Below, one piece after another: positions 13,014-27,563 of a stretch of DNA of 64,000 nt. Under the pieces are notes generated by a model. That model saw only the letters and a list, made by a program, of their open reading frames with translations. It was not told the DNA's origin and made no database searches. Position numbers and translations under genes: made by a program. The number at the start of each line of letters is the position of its first letter. Position 1 is the stretch's first letter. Origin of the DNA: Thermovirgaceae bacterium (GTDB lineage Bacteria > Synergistota > Synergistia > Synergistales > Thermovirgaceae); assembly GCA_040767805.1 (NCBI GenBank), contig JAXGNU010000008.1:1-64000 (forward strand). The letters are read 5' to 3'.

Positions 13014-14431
13014 TGCCACAAGGGGAACAGAAGGCAAGAGAGAGTTGGGCTACCAGGTTCGGCTTCATCATGGCCGCGGCAGGCTCGGCGATCGGGTTGG
13101 GGAACATTTGGAGGTTCCCTTACCTGACGGGGATGAACGGCGGCGGGGCTTTCATTGTGATCTACCTCGGTTGCGTCCTTTTTGTCGGTCTAAGCATAAT
13201 GCTCGGAGAGTTCGTCGTCGGCAGGGGGACCGGGCTTGCCTCCGTCGGGGCTTTCAAAAGCCGGCACAGGAACTGGACCTTCGTAGGGGTCCTGGGGGTC
13301 ATAAGCTCATTCTTCATCTACTGTTTCTACCCCGTGGTGGGCGGCTGGGCAGTGGCCTACATGGTCAAATCGCTGACCGGGCTGCTCTCCAACCCGGGGG
13401 CGATCGCCGATTATTTCGGCGCTTTCATCACAGCGCCCCTCGAACCCGTGATCTGGACACTCATTTTCCTGGCGGTTAACCTGTTTGTCGTCGCCAAGGG
13501 CGTCTCCGGCGGTATCGAGCTGACGAGCAAGATCCTCATGCCCATGCTGTTCGGTCTGTTAATAATCATCATAGTAAAAAGCCTCAGCCTTCCCGGTTCT
13601 GGGGCGGGCCTCACGTTCCTCTTCAAGCCCGACTGGTCGCTCGTTACGGGCAAGACCTTCCTGGCGGCCCTGGGGCAGGCCTTCTTCTCGCTCAGCCTTG
13701 GCATGGGCGTCATGATAACCTACGGCAGTTACCTTAAAAAGGACGAGCACCTTCCCAGCGATGCCTTGACGGTAGTCTCCATGGACACCCTGGCGGCCGT
13801 CCTGGCCGGTATAGCCATCTTCCCGGCCCTCTTCGCCTTCGGCGTCGAACCCACAGCCGGGACCGGCCTCGTCTTCGTGGTTGTCCCCCAGGTGTTCGCC
13901 CAGATGGGCGGCATAGGGGTGCTCTTCTCCTTCGTGTTCTTCCTGGCCTTGGCCATCGCCGCTCTCACCTCCTCGGTGGGCCTGCTCGAGACCGTCGTCG
14001 CCTACCTGATGGACGAGAAGGGCATGCCCAGGAAGAAAGCCACCTATATTTCTTCCGCGGTCACGACGGTGATATGCATCCTCTCCTCGCTCTCCCTGGG
14101 CGTGATGTCCGGCTTTAACGTGTTTGGCGTCGGTGTCTTCGACTTCTTCGACATCCTGACGGACAAGATATTCCTCGCCATCGGGGGGATGTGCCTCGCC
14201 ATTTACGTCGGCTGGGTCCTGAACAAGGAGGAAGTGAAGCTCGAGGCCACGAACAGGGGGACGATCCCCTTCGCCCTCTTCGAAACATGGTATGCCGTGA
14301 TGAAGTATGTCATCCCCGTCCTCGTGGCGGTGGTGGCCGTATCGGGCATCATGGCGATCGAGCAGCAGAGCCTGATGATCTTCGGGGTCGTGGTCATAGG
14401 TGTTTTGGCGCTGTTCTCCAAAAAACTGTAG
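13014..14431 (+). CDS. Sodium-dependent neurotransmitter:sodium symporter (NSS/LeuT-like), probably an amino-acid transporter
   Basis: GSAIGLGNIWRFPY, GGGAF, GQAFFSLSLG; many TM helices; strong RBS. Confidence 0.93.
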
Positions 14432-14450
14432 TACCGGCGCCATGAAGCAC

Positions 14451-14485
14451 GAGGACCCGGCTTTACGGCCGGGTCCTTCTTCTTC
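14451..14485 (+). terminator. Probable intrinsic terminator
   Basis: AGGACCCGGC-tttacg-GCCGGGTCCT followed by TCTTCTT. Confidence 0.65.
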
Positions 14486-14525
14486 ATCGAAAAAGGAACG
14501 GGGATCATAACAATCCAAGGAACAA

Positions 14526-15692
14526 GTGGTGATGACAATGAGTTTCATGAACAGTTTTGATTTCATCCTGCCCACCAGGATCAGTTTCGGGCTTGGCGTC
14601 TCCGGCGAACTGGGCCGGGAACTGGAGGCCCTTGGCGCGAAAAGGGTCTTGATCGTGACGGACAAGGGCATCATCAAGGCCGGCCTGCTGGACAGGGTCG
14701 CGAGGAGCCTCGAGGGGAAGGTCCATTACGAGGTCTTTGACGGAGTGGAGGCCAACCCCAAGGACCACAACACCGAGGAAGGAGCTGCGGTAGCCCGGAA
14801 AATGGGCGCCGACTGCGTGGTGGCCCTCGGCGGAGGCAGCCCCATCGACGCGGCCAAGGTCGTCTGCATCCTTGCCCCCCTTGGTGGGAGAGCCCAGGAT
14901 TACAAGGGCAAAGAAAAGGTCAAGGGCGAGTGTCTTCCGTTGGTGACCATCCCGACCACCGCCGGCACCGGCAGCGAGGTCACCTTCGCCTCGGTGATAA
15001 CCGATACGGAGAAGAACTACAAGTTTTCCATGAGGAGCTCCAAGATCGCGGCCAAGGTGGCCCTCCTGGACCCGGAACTCACGCTGACGGTCCCGCCGGC
15101 GGTCACCGCTTCCACCGGCATCGATGCCCTGACCCACGCCATTGAGGGTTACACCGCGACGGTGACGGAGCCCATCGCCGAGGCCGTCGGCCTTTACGCC
15201 GTTGAGATGATAGCCGCCAACATCGTCGAGGCGGTCCATAACGGCAGCAACCTGGGAGCCAGGTCGGAGATGCTCCTGGGCAGTCTAATGGGCGGCATTT
15301 CCTTCAGCCATTCCGACGTGGCGTCCGTCCACTGCATGGCGGAATCCCTCGGTGGGATGTACGACGCGCCCCACGGGCTGTGCAACGCCATTTTGCTCCC
15401 CTACGTGATGGAATACAACTTGCAGGAGGCGGAATACAAGTACGCCCGGGTCGCCCGGGCGATGGGCATAAAGGAGGACGATGACCGGAGGGCCGCCGTC
15501 CTCGGCATTGAAAAGATCAGGGCCCTTTCGAAGGAGATAGGGCTCCCCAGTTTCAAATCGCTCAACGTGAAGGAAGAGGACCTGTAAAAACTGGCCCTGC
15601 TGTCGGAGGAGAACATGTCCACCGAGAGCAACCCGAGGAAGATCGACCGGGTGGGCTACCTGGAACTGTTCAAAAAGGCTCACAAAGGGTAA
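14526..15692 (+). pseudogene. Iron-containing alcohol dehydrogenase with in-frame TAA at 15585-15587
   Basis: GGGSPID, IPTTAGTGSE, DALTHAIE, H..HG metal ligands. Frame continues past TAA with 34 family-like codons (..SNPRK..YLELFKKA) to TAA at 15692. Start codon uncertain. Confidence 0.8.
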
Positions 15693-15822
15693 ACGAAAAG
15701 CCGTAAATCGAAAAAGCCGTGAATCGTGAATCGTGAAGCCAAGGCCAAAGCCAAGGCCAAGGCCAAGGCCAGAGCCAAAGCAAAGGCAAAGCCAAAGCAA
15801 AGGCAAAAGCGAAAGGCGTGAA
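15693..15822. repeat. Degenerate short tandem repeats: (CGTGAAT)n then (AAGGCC/AAAGCC/AAGGCA)n
   Basis: Directly visible heptamer and hexamer periodicity. Confidence 0.85.
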
Positions 15823-15872
15823 CCGTAAAGGGACGCGGTGCCTTGGTGCTGCGCCCCTTTACGAACCACCTG

Positions 15873-17303
15873 CCTGTTGCCTCATATAAGAATCTAAGTG
15901 AAAGTCCTTCGCTGCCTCACGAAGAAATCTAAGCGACCCTACCGGGATCGGTCTCCTTTCCGGGGAGACCCTTGTTCTTACTCGCAAAGGCCCTGTTGAG
16001 CCTGGCCTTGAGCCGGTCCACCTCTTTCTTCAAGTCCGCCAGGTTCAGGGCCTCGAACTGCTCCCTCAGGGAGGATTTTACCTCCTCCGTGACATCTTCC
16101 GAAGCCATCAGGCGCTGGTAGGGCGTCTGGGGTGTGTCGTAGATCTTCCTGACCTTCGCCCCGACCCTAACCTTCGAAACCAGCTTCGCCGAGGGAAGGA
16201 AGAAGTTCACGTAGAGCCTGTAAACGTCATAGAGGTCGTTGAGAGCTTTCACCTCTTCGTCCGTGTCGTACCTGGCATAGCCGGCCACCCTCCTGACGAC
16301 GGACCAGTTCTTCTGTTCCACGTAGCAGTTATCGTTCTTGTTGCCAGCCCTGGACCTGGTAAAGGTTATCCTCTCCTCCTCGCAGTACCCCTGCAGGTGG
16401 CAGTTTATGAAGGTCGAGTCATTGTCGGAATCTATGCCCTGCAGAGGGAAGGGCAGGCGCTCCCTGATGGATTTCAGGGCTTCCAGGGTCCAGAGCCTGG
16501 CCCTGTTCTTGACGGCCCTCAGTTCGGTCCACCCTGAAGCCACGTCGGTGACGTCCAGGGTGAAGGCAAATTCTCCTTTGGCGTTCCCGCCCTCATGGGA
16601 AACCAGGTCTATCTCGGCGAAACCCGGTCTCTTTTCGTCCCAGTCGGCGAAGGTGCGTATCGGTATCTTGTGCTTGAGCAAAGTCCCGGGCTTCGTGGAA
16701 GAACGCTCCCTCAAGCGCAGTTTCCTCTTCCGGTCCGCCAGGATGCGGTCGATGGTGGCGGCGGAAATGGACATGACCTTGTCCCTGGTCTCTCCGGAGA
16801 GGGTGAGATCCCCCGAGGCCTCAAGCTTTGGGACCAGCCAGGGCAGGGCCGCGGCAAGCCTCTTGCCGCAGATGTAGTCCATCATCTTCCAAAGCGAAGC
16901 CAATACAGCGGCCGCTTCACTGTCATAGGTCCTAGGCCTCTTCCTTTTCCCACGGGCCTTATGGCCCTTTCTGTCGGCTTGCAGGATCAGGGAGGCACCC
17001 CTGCCGCCCCCAAGGTATAGGCGCCGGCCGAAGAGGCAGAGAAGATGGGAGGCGTAGTCCCGGTTGTAGCCCGTCGTGGCGGTAACACGGTCCAATATCA
17101 GGCCCTTCTCCTTCTTCGACGCCCTGCGGTACTCGTCAGAAGCCTGGACGATCACTTCCCTCCTCGCACCCATCGAAAGCCTCACCCGTCCTTCCCCCTT
17201 CCTCCAGGGTCATGCCCCTTGAAGGAAGATGCTATACCCTTCGGCTAGATTCTTAGGTGAGGCAACGTATCGCTTTCGTCTAGATTTTAGGTGAGGCAAC
17301 TCG
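15873..17303 (-). mobile_element. Complete insertion sequence, 1431 bp, single DDE transposase (ISNCY-like; family uncertain)
   Basis: Inverted ends CCTGTTGCCTCA.. / ..TGAGGCAACTCG. 5-bp direct repeat ACCTG at 15868-15872 and 17304-17308. Two ~21-bp motif copies per end. Confidence 0.9.
15929..17185 (-). CDS. DDE transposase (rve integrase core)
   Basis: N-terminal HTH-like YRRASKKEKGLILD..TGYNR, PGFAEIDLV, IDSDN, KNDNCYVEQKN. Confidence 0.92.
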   Translation of the reverse strand: MRLSMGARREVIVQASDEYRRASKKEKGLILDRVTATTGYNRDYASHLLCLFGRRLYLGGGRGASLILQADRKGHKARGKRKRPRTYDSEAAAVLASLWKMMDYICGKRLAAALPWLVPKLEASGDLTLSGETRDKVMSISAATIDRILADRKRKLRLRERSSTKPGTLLKHKIPIRTFADWDEKRPGFAEIDLVSHEGGNAKGEFAFTLDVTDVASGWTELRAVKNRARLWTLEALKSIRERLPFPLQGIDSDNDSTFINCHLQGYCEEERITFTRSRAGNKNDNCYVEQKNWSVVRRVAGYARYDTDEEVKALNDLYDVYRLYVNFFLPSAKLVSKVRVGAKVRKIYDTPQTPYQRLMASEDVTEEVKSSLREQFEALNLADLKKEVDRLKARLNRAFASKNKGLPGKETDPGRVA

Positions 17304-17308
17304 ACCTG

Positions 17309-17337
17309 TTGCAAAACGGTCCCCGCGTTGATAAAAT
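17309..17337 (+). promoter_or_regulatory. Sigma70-type promoter of tRNA-Leu
   Basis: TTGCAA-17bp-TAAAAT with extended -10 TG. Confidence 0.75.
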
Positions 17338-17360
17338 CAACGGCGTCGGAACCAAGACCC

Positions 17361-17446
17361 GGGGAAGTGGCGGAACGGTAGACGCGCTGGCTTCAGGAGC
17401 CAGTGTCCGTAAGGGTGTGGGGGTTCAAATCCCCCCTTCCCCACCA
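17361..17446 (+). tRNA. tRNA-Leu(CAG)
   Basis: GGGGAAG/CTTCCCC acceptor stem, anticodon arm CTGGC-TTCAGGA-GCCAG, long variable arm, GTTCAAATC T-loop, encoded CCA. Confidence 0.96.
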
Positions 17447-17529
17447 TAGGATACGGTCCACCCCTTCGGCGGGTGGTGAAAAAACGGTGGTCGTACCAAT
17501 AGAAAACCGAATGGGTTGTGCTGTGCCTA

Positions 17530-17558
17530 TTGACAGAGCGCAACCCTTTCGCTATTCT
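17530..17558 (+). promoter_or_regulatory. Putative rpoBC promoter
   Basis: TTGACA-17bp-TATTCT upstream of the rpoB RBS. Confidence 0.7.
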
Positions 17559-17619
17559 TTTAGTTTGTCACGTCTTGTTTCCCCAAATCCCCTTGAGACA
17601 GGGAGGTTGTGTTTCTCCC

Positions 17620-20600
17620 ATGGCTGAATTCGTTACCGTAAACAGCAAGCGGCAGCGCCTCACCTTTGGTCGCACCCGCGACCTTGTCGAGATCCCCGAC
17701 CTGGTGGAGATCCAGCGGGATTCCTTTCGCTGGTTCTTCCAGTTCAACGAAAAGGGCGGACTCATCGAGGCCGATGAGAGATCCAGTCAGGGTCTCCAGG
17801 AGCTCTTCGACGAGGTGTTCCCCATCGAGAGCTACGACGGGTCCTTCGCCCTTGAATTCGTGGACTATTTCGTCGATCCCCCCCAGGTCACCCAGGAAGA
17901 GGCGATCCAGAGGGACCTTTCTTGGTCCCGGTCGGTCAGGGCGACCATCCGCCTGGTGAACAGGAAGACCGAGGAGATCAAGGAAGAGGAGGTCTACTTG
18001 GGGGACTTCCCCATGATGACCGAAAGGGGGACCTTCATCATCAACGGCACCGAGAGGGTCGTAGTCAGCCAGCTGGCCCGCTCGGCGGGAGTCTACTTCA
18101 ACTCCGAGGAATCCATCCCCGGGCAGGAGCGTTACTCCGCCAAGGTCATCCCCGACAGGGGGGCCTGGCTCGAGTTCGACATGACGCCGGGCGAGGTACT
18201 CTCGGTGAACATCGACAACAGGAAAAAACTGCCCGTCACGGTGTTGCTCAAGGCCTTCGGCGTTGCGGGCAACGATGAGATCCTCGAGCTCTTCGGGGCC
18301 GTCGAGGAACAGACCGACCTCATCGAAGAAGAGGTCAAGGGAAGGCTCATCGCCGAGACCATAACCGAGGAGTCCGGGAAGGCCGTCATCAAGAAAAACG
18401 AGAGGATCACCCGGGATATCCTCGAGAGATTGCTGGAGATGGGCAGGACACGGGTTCAGGTCTGGAAGACCGACTCCGCCATCGAGGCCACCATGGAGCG
18501 CGACCCGACCAGGAGTACCGATGAGGCCATCCTAGAGCTGTTCCGCAGGCTTCGGCCCAACGAGCCCGCCCGGATGGAAAACGCCAGGGAGTACGTCAAC
18601 GGGCTCTTCTTCGATACCCGCCGGTACAACCTGGGCCGCGTCGGGAGGTACAAGCTGAACCGCCGGCTCGGCCTGGATATCCCGGGGTCGGTCCGCCTGC
18701 TCTTGGTGGACGGCGTGGTGCAGATAGTCAAGAAACTCATGGGACTCAGGGACGGCTACGAGCGGATCGACGACATCGACCATCTCGGCAACAGGAGGGT
18801 GAGGGCCGTCGGCGAACTGCTCCAGAACCAGGTCCGGATCGGCCTGCTCAGGATGGAGAGGATCGCCCGGGAGAGGATGACCACCATCCCGGACCTCACC
18901 GGGGCCACCGCGAGGGAACTGATAAACGTCCGACCCATATCGGCGGCCTTGAGGGAGTTCTACGGCTCGGGACAACTTTCGCAGTTCATGGACCAGACGA
19001 ACCCCCTGGCGGAGCTGACCCACCGTAGGAGGCTCTCGGCGCTCGGCCCCGGCGGGCTGAGCAGGGAGAGGGCCGGTTTCGAGGCCAGGGACGTCCACTA
19101 CACCCACTACGGCAGGGTCTGCCCCATCGAGACCCCGGAGGGTCCCAACATCGGCCTGGTGACCTCCCTGTCGATCTACTCGAGGATAAACGAGTACGGC
19201 TTCCTCCAGGCGCCGAAAAGAAAGGTCGTCGGCGGCAAGGTCACCGACGAGGTCGTCTACCTCGGGGCCGACGAGGAGGATGAACACTACATCGGGAGGG
19301 CCAACACGCCCCTGAACCCTGACAGGACCTTCGCGGAAAAGGAGATATACGTCAGGGACAGGGGGGATATCGCCGTGGTCGAGCCGACCAAGGTCGATTT
19401 CCTGGATATCTCGCCCAAGCAGATCGTCTCGGCCTCGACGGCCCTCATCCCCTTCCTCGAACACGACGACGCCAACAGGGCTCTCATGGGGTCCAATATG
19501 CAGAGGCAGGCGGTCCCGTTGATCAACTCCAAGGCCCCCATCATCGGTACGGGGATCGAAGCGAGGATAGCCCGGGATTCGGGCTCCTGCGTAGTGGCGC
19601 GCAATCCCGGTACCGTTATCGGCGTCGATTCCCGGACGATAAGGATCCAGTCCGGCAAGGGCGGCAAGGTCGACCAGTACAACCTGGTCAAGTTCAAGAG
19701 ATCCAACCAGGGTACCATCATTCACCAGAAACCCATCGTCTTCAAGGGAGACAAGGTCAAGGCGGGGGATATCATCGCCGACGGCCAGGCGGTGGAGAAC
19801 ACCGAACTGGCCCTGGGCAACAACGTCCTCGTGGCCTTCGTCTCCTGGGAGGGGTACAACTACGAAGATGCCATCCTGCTGAGCGACAGGCTGGTGAAGA
19901 ACGACAGCTTCTCCTCCGTCCATATCGAGGAATACGAGGTGGAGGCCCGCGACACGAAGCTCGGGCCCGAGGAGATAACCCGGGATATACCGAACGTCGG
20001 CGAGGACGCCCTCAAGGACCTCGACGAGACCGGCATCGTCCGGATCGGTGCGGAGGTGGTGGCGGGCGACATCCTCGTAGGCAAGGTCACCCCCAAGGGT
20101 GAGTCCGACCAGTCGCCCGAGGAAAAACTCCTGAGGGCTATCTTCGGTGAAAAGGCCAGGGAGGTCAGGGACACCTCCATGAGGATCCCCCACGGTGAGG
20201 GCGGGAAGGTCGTGGCGGTGAAGCGCCTCAGCCGTTCCGAGAACGGCGATGACCTGACGCCCGGGGTCAACGAGGTCGTCAAGGTCTACGTGGCGAAGAT
20301 CAGGAAGATCTCGGTGGGTGACAAGATGGCGGGGCGCCACGGCAACAAGGGCGTCGTATCGAGGATCCTCCCCGAAGAGGATATGCCCTACCTGCCCGAC
20401 GGCACCCCCATCGACGTGGTGCTGAACCCCATAGGGGTGCCAAGCCGCATGAACCTCGGCCAGGTTCTGGAGACCATCCTCGGCTTCGTGGCCTCCAGGA
20501 ACGGCTGGCACGTCTCCACTGCCGTCTTCGAGGGAGCAACCGAGCAGGAGATCCTGGGCCTGGTGGAGAAGTCCCGCCAGGAGGGTTTCAAGGACATGAC

Positions 20601-21234
20601 CCCCGACGGACGGATGCTCCTCTACGACGGCAGGACCGGCGAGCCCATGAAACGGCCCGTCACTGTGGGGACCATGTACATGATGAAGCTCATCCACCTG
20701 GTGGACGACAAGATCCATGCCCGGTCCATAGGCCCCTACAGCCTGATCACCCAGCAGCCCCTCGGGGGTAAGGCCCAGTTCGGGGGGCAGCGCTTCGGGG
20801 AGATGGAAGTCTGGGCCCTGGAGGGTTACGGGGCCGCCCACGTCCTCCAGGAGATCCTGACCGTCAAGTCCGACGACATCAGGGGCCGGCTCAAGACTTA
20901 CGAGAGGATAGTGAAGGGCCTCAACTTGACGGAACACGGCGTCCCCGAGAGCTTCAGGGTCCTCGTCAAGGAACTGCAGGGCCTGGGCCTTGACGTGGAG
21001 ATCGCCTACGAGGACGGCACCTTGGGTGAGCTGCACCTGGAAGAGGACGATGAGCCGGTATCCCTCCCCAGGGTGAGGGCTCCGGAGAAGCGTGAAGGGC
21101 CGGCGGACCGCCTGGAAGAAGCCTTCGACGACCTTTTCCACGACGAGGTGCCCGTGGAGGAGGACCAGGGACAACCGATCTCGGTCCTTGGTGGAGACGA
21201 TGAAGACGACCCGGAAGAGGGGGCTGAGGAATAG
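17620..21234 (+). CDS. rpoB: RNA polymerase beta subunit
   Basis: Rif cluster [44 protein letters not shown] at 17620 after GGAGG. Confidence 0.98.
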   Translation: MAEFVTVNSKRQRLTFGRTRDLVEIPDLVEIQRDSFRWFFQFNEKGGLIEADERSSQGLQELFDEVFPIESYDGSFALEFVDYFVDPPQVTQEEAIQRDLSWSRSVRATIRLVNRKTEEIKEEEVYLGDFPMMTERGTFIINGTERVVVSQLARSAGVYFNSEESIPGQERYSAKVIPDRGAWLEFDMTPGEVLSVNIDNRKKLPVTVLLKAFGVAGNDEILELFGAVEEQTDLIEEEVKGRLIAETITEESGKAVIKKNERITRDILERLLEMGRTRVQVWKTDSAIEATMERDPTRSTDEAILELFRRLRPNEPARMENAREYVNGLFFDTRRYNLGRVGRYKLNRRLGLDIPGSVRLLLVDGVVQIVKKLMGLRDGYERIDDIDHLGNRRVRAVGELLQNQVRIGLLRMERIARERMTTIPDLTGATARELINVRPISAALREFYGSGQLSQFMDQTNPLAELTHRRRLSALGPGGLSRERAGFEARDVHYTHYGRVCPIETPEGPNIGLVTSLSIYSRINEYGFLQAPKRKVVGGKVTDEVVYLGADEEDEHYIGRANTPLNPDRTFAEKEIYVRDRGDIAVVEPTKVDFLDISPKQIVSASTALIPFLEHDDANRALMGSNMQRQAVPLINSKAPIIGTGIEARIARDSGSCVVARNPGTVIGVDSRTIRIQSGKGGKVDQYNLVKFKRSNQGTIIHQKPIVFKGDKVKAGDIIADGQAVENTELALGNNVLVAFVSWEGYNYEDAILLSDRLVKNDSFSSVHIEEYEVEARDTKLGPEEITRDIPNVGEDALKDLDETGIVRIGAEVVAGDILVGKVTPKGESDQSPEEKLLRAIFGEKAREVRDTSMRIPHGEGGKVVAVKRLSRSENGDDLTPGVNEVVKVYVAKIRKISVGDKMAGRHGNKGVVSRILPEEDMPYLPDGTPIDVVLNPIGVPSRMNLGQVLETILGFVASRNGWHVSTAVFEGATEQEILGLVEKSRQEGFKDMTPDGRMLLYDGRTGEPMKRPVTVGTMYMMKLIHLVDDKIHARSIGPYSLITQQPLGGKAQFGGQRFGEMEVWALEGYGAAHVLQEILTVKSDDIRGRLKTYERIVKGLNLTEHGVPESFRVLVKELQGLGLDVEIAYEDGTLGELHLEEDDEPVSLPRVRAPEKREGPADRLEEAFDDLFHDEVPVEEDQGQPISVLGGDDEDDPEEGAEE

Positions 21235-26208
<4,974 letters not shown>

Positions 26209-26242
26209 CCCCGAAAGAAAGGACGAGGGGAGAAGATCTTTC

Positions 26243-26271
26243 TTGACAGTGACCGGTGCCGCTGATATTAT
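26243..26271 (+). promoter_or_regulatory. Promoter of the L7Ae/str operon
   Basis: TTGACA-17bp-TATTAT. Confidence 0.8.
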
Positions 26272-26304
26272 TTCCCGGTGTCCTTTTCGAGGGAGGGGTC
26301 CCCT

Positions 26305-26583
26305 GTGCCCTTGAACGAGCTTGCTGTGCCCAACAGGCTGGTAGGGGCCAGGTCCGTGAGGAGAGCGCTCCAGTCAGGAAACTTGAAGAAGCTTTTCCTC
26401 GCGGCCGACGCGAGGGCGTCCCTGGTGGAGGACCTGCAGAAGATGGCTGAAGAGGCCGGCATCAAGGTCGAGTGGGCCGAAAGCATGGCCATCCTCGGCC
26501 GGGCTTGCGCCATAGGCCGCGGGGCGGCCGCGGCGGGGATCGCTTCACGGAAGGGTCCCCCGGTCGCCGGGCAGGGTTTGTAA
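26305..26583 (+). CDS. L7Ae/L30e-family RNA-binding protein (YbxF-like)
   Basis: LVGARSVRRAL..LFLAADA..LGRACAI; lies directly before rpsL. Confidence 0.85.
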   Translation: MPLNELAVPNRLVGARSVRRALQSGNLKKLFLAADARASLVEDLQKMAEEAGIKVEWAESMAILGRACAIGRGAAAAGIASRKGPPVAGQGL

Positions 26584-26613
26584 GGGAGCAGCGAATGAGA
26601 AGGAGGGGGTTTT

Positions 26614-26985
26614 TTGCCGACCATTAACCAACTGATACGAAAGGGGCGCCAGGAAAAGAAAGGGCGCTCCAAGGCGCCGGCCCTGCAGGGGAATCCTGCC
26701 AGGAGAGGGGTCTGCACCAGGGTCTACACCGTCACGCCCAAGAAGCCTAATTCCGCCCTCAGGAAGGTCGCGAGGGTCCGCCTTACCAACGGCTTCGAGG
26801 TCACTTCCTACATACCCGGGGTGGGGCATAACCTGCAGGAACACTCCGTAGTACTGGTGAGAGGCGGCAGGGTCAAGGACCTTCCCGGGGTCCGTTACCA
26901 TATAGTAAGGGGTACCCTTGACTGCGGCGGCGTCGACGGAAGGCGAAAGAGCCGCTCCAAGTACGGCGCGAGACGGCCCAAGTAG
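26614..26985 (+). CDS. rpsL: 30S ribosomal protein S12
   Basis: [26 protein letters not shown]. Confidence 0.98.
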   Translation: MPTINQLIRKGRQEKKGRSKAPALQGNPARRGVCTRVYTVTPKKPNSALRKVARVRLTNGFEVTSYIPGVGHNLQEHSVVLVRGGRVKDLPGVRYHIVRGTLDCGGVDGRRKSRSKYGARRPK

Positions 26986-27020
26986 GGCCGGCAGCCAACG
27001 GCAGGGAGAGTGTCTAGAAC

Positions 27021-27491
27021 ATGCCAAGAAAGGGACACGTCAGGATCCGTGAGGTTGAGCCCGACCCCAGGTTCGGCGAACTGGATATAGCAAAGTTCAT
27101 CGCTGCGATCATGATCGACGGCAAGAGAAGCGTCGCCGAGAAGATCATGTACGGAGCCCTCGACCTCGCCTCGAAGCGGCTGAACATGGAGCCCCTCGAG
27201 GTGTTCAACAAGGCCATGGAGAATGTCCGCCCCGTGGTCGAAGTCCGTCCCAGGAGGGTGGGCGGCGCCACCTACCAGGTCCCCGTGGAAGTGCAGCCCA
27301 GGAGGGCCCAGGCCCTCGCCACCCGGTGGATCCTCCAGTACGCCAGGGGCCGAAAGGGTATCCCCATGGTGGAAAGGCTGGCCAGGGAGCTGACCGACGC
27401 TTGCCGCGGCGAGGGGAGTTCCGTCAAGAAGCGGGAAGACACCCACAGGATGGCCGAGGCCAACAGGGCCTTTGCCCATTACCGCTGGTAG
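27021..27491 (+). CDS. rpsG: 30S ribosomal protein S7
   Basis: [24 protein letters not shown]. Confidence 0.98.
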   Translation: MPRKGHVRIREVEPDPRFGELDIAKFIAAIMIDGKRSVAEKIMYGALDLASKRLNMEPLEVFNKAMENVRPVVEVRPRRVGGATYQVPVEVQPRRAQALATRWILQYARGRKGIPMVERLARELTDACRGEGSSVKKREDTHRMAEANRAFAHYRW

Positions 27492-27563
27492 TCGGCCTTA
27501 GGCCCCGCGGGAACCGGGCCGGGCAAGGGGAACCCGCCGCTGGAGCGGGCACGGAGAAGGCGA

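Noticed and set aside
15585..15587. Stop-codon recoding (selenocysteine or pyrrolysine) in the ADH
   Set aside because: The codon is TAA, not TGA or TAG, and the position is not a catalytic residue
15693..15822. Repeat tract as a CRISPR array
   Set aside because: Units are 6-7 bp tandem repeats with no unique spacers, and no cas genes are present
13014..17446. tRNA-anchored genomic island or prophage
   Set aside because: No tyrosine or serine integrase and no duplicated tRNA 3' end; the IS is upstream of the tRNA and self-contained
18950..19060. Rifampicin-resistance substitutions in RpoB (and streptomycin-resistance changes in S12)
   Set aside because: Key Q, D, H and S residues of cluster I are wild-type-like; S12 retains both lysines
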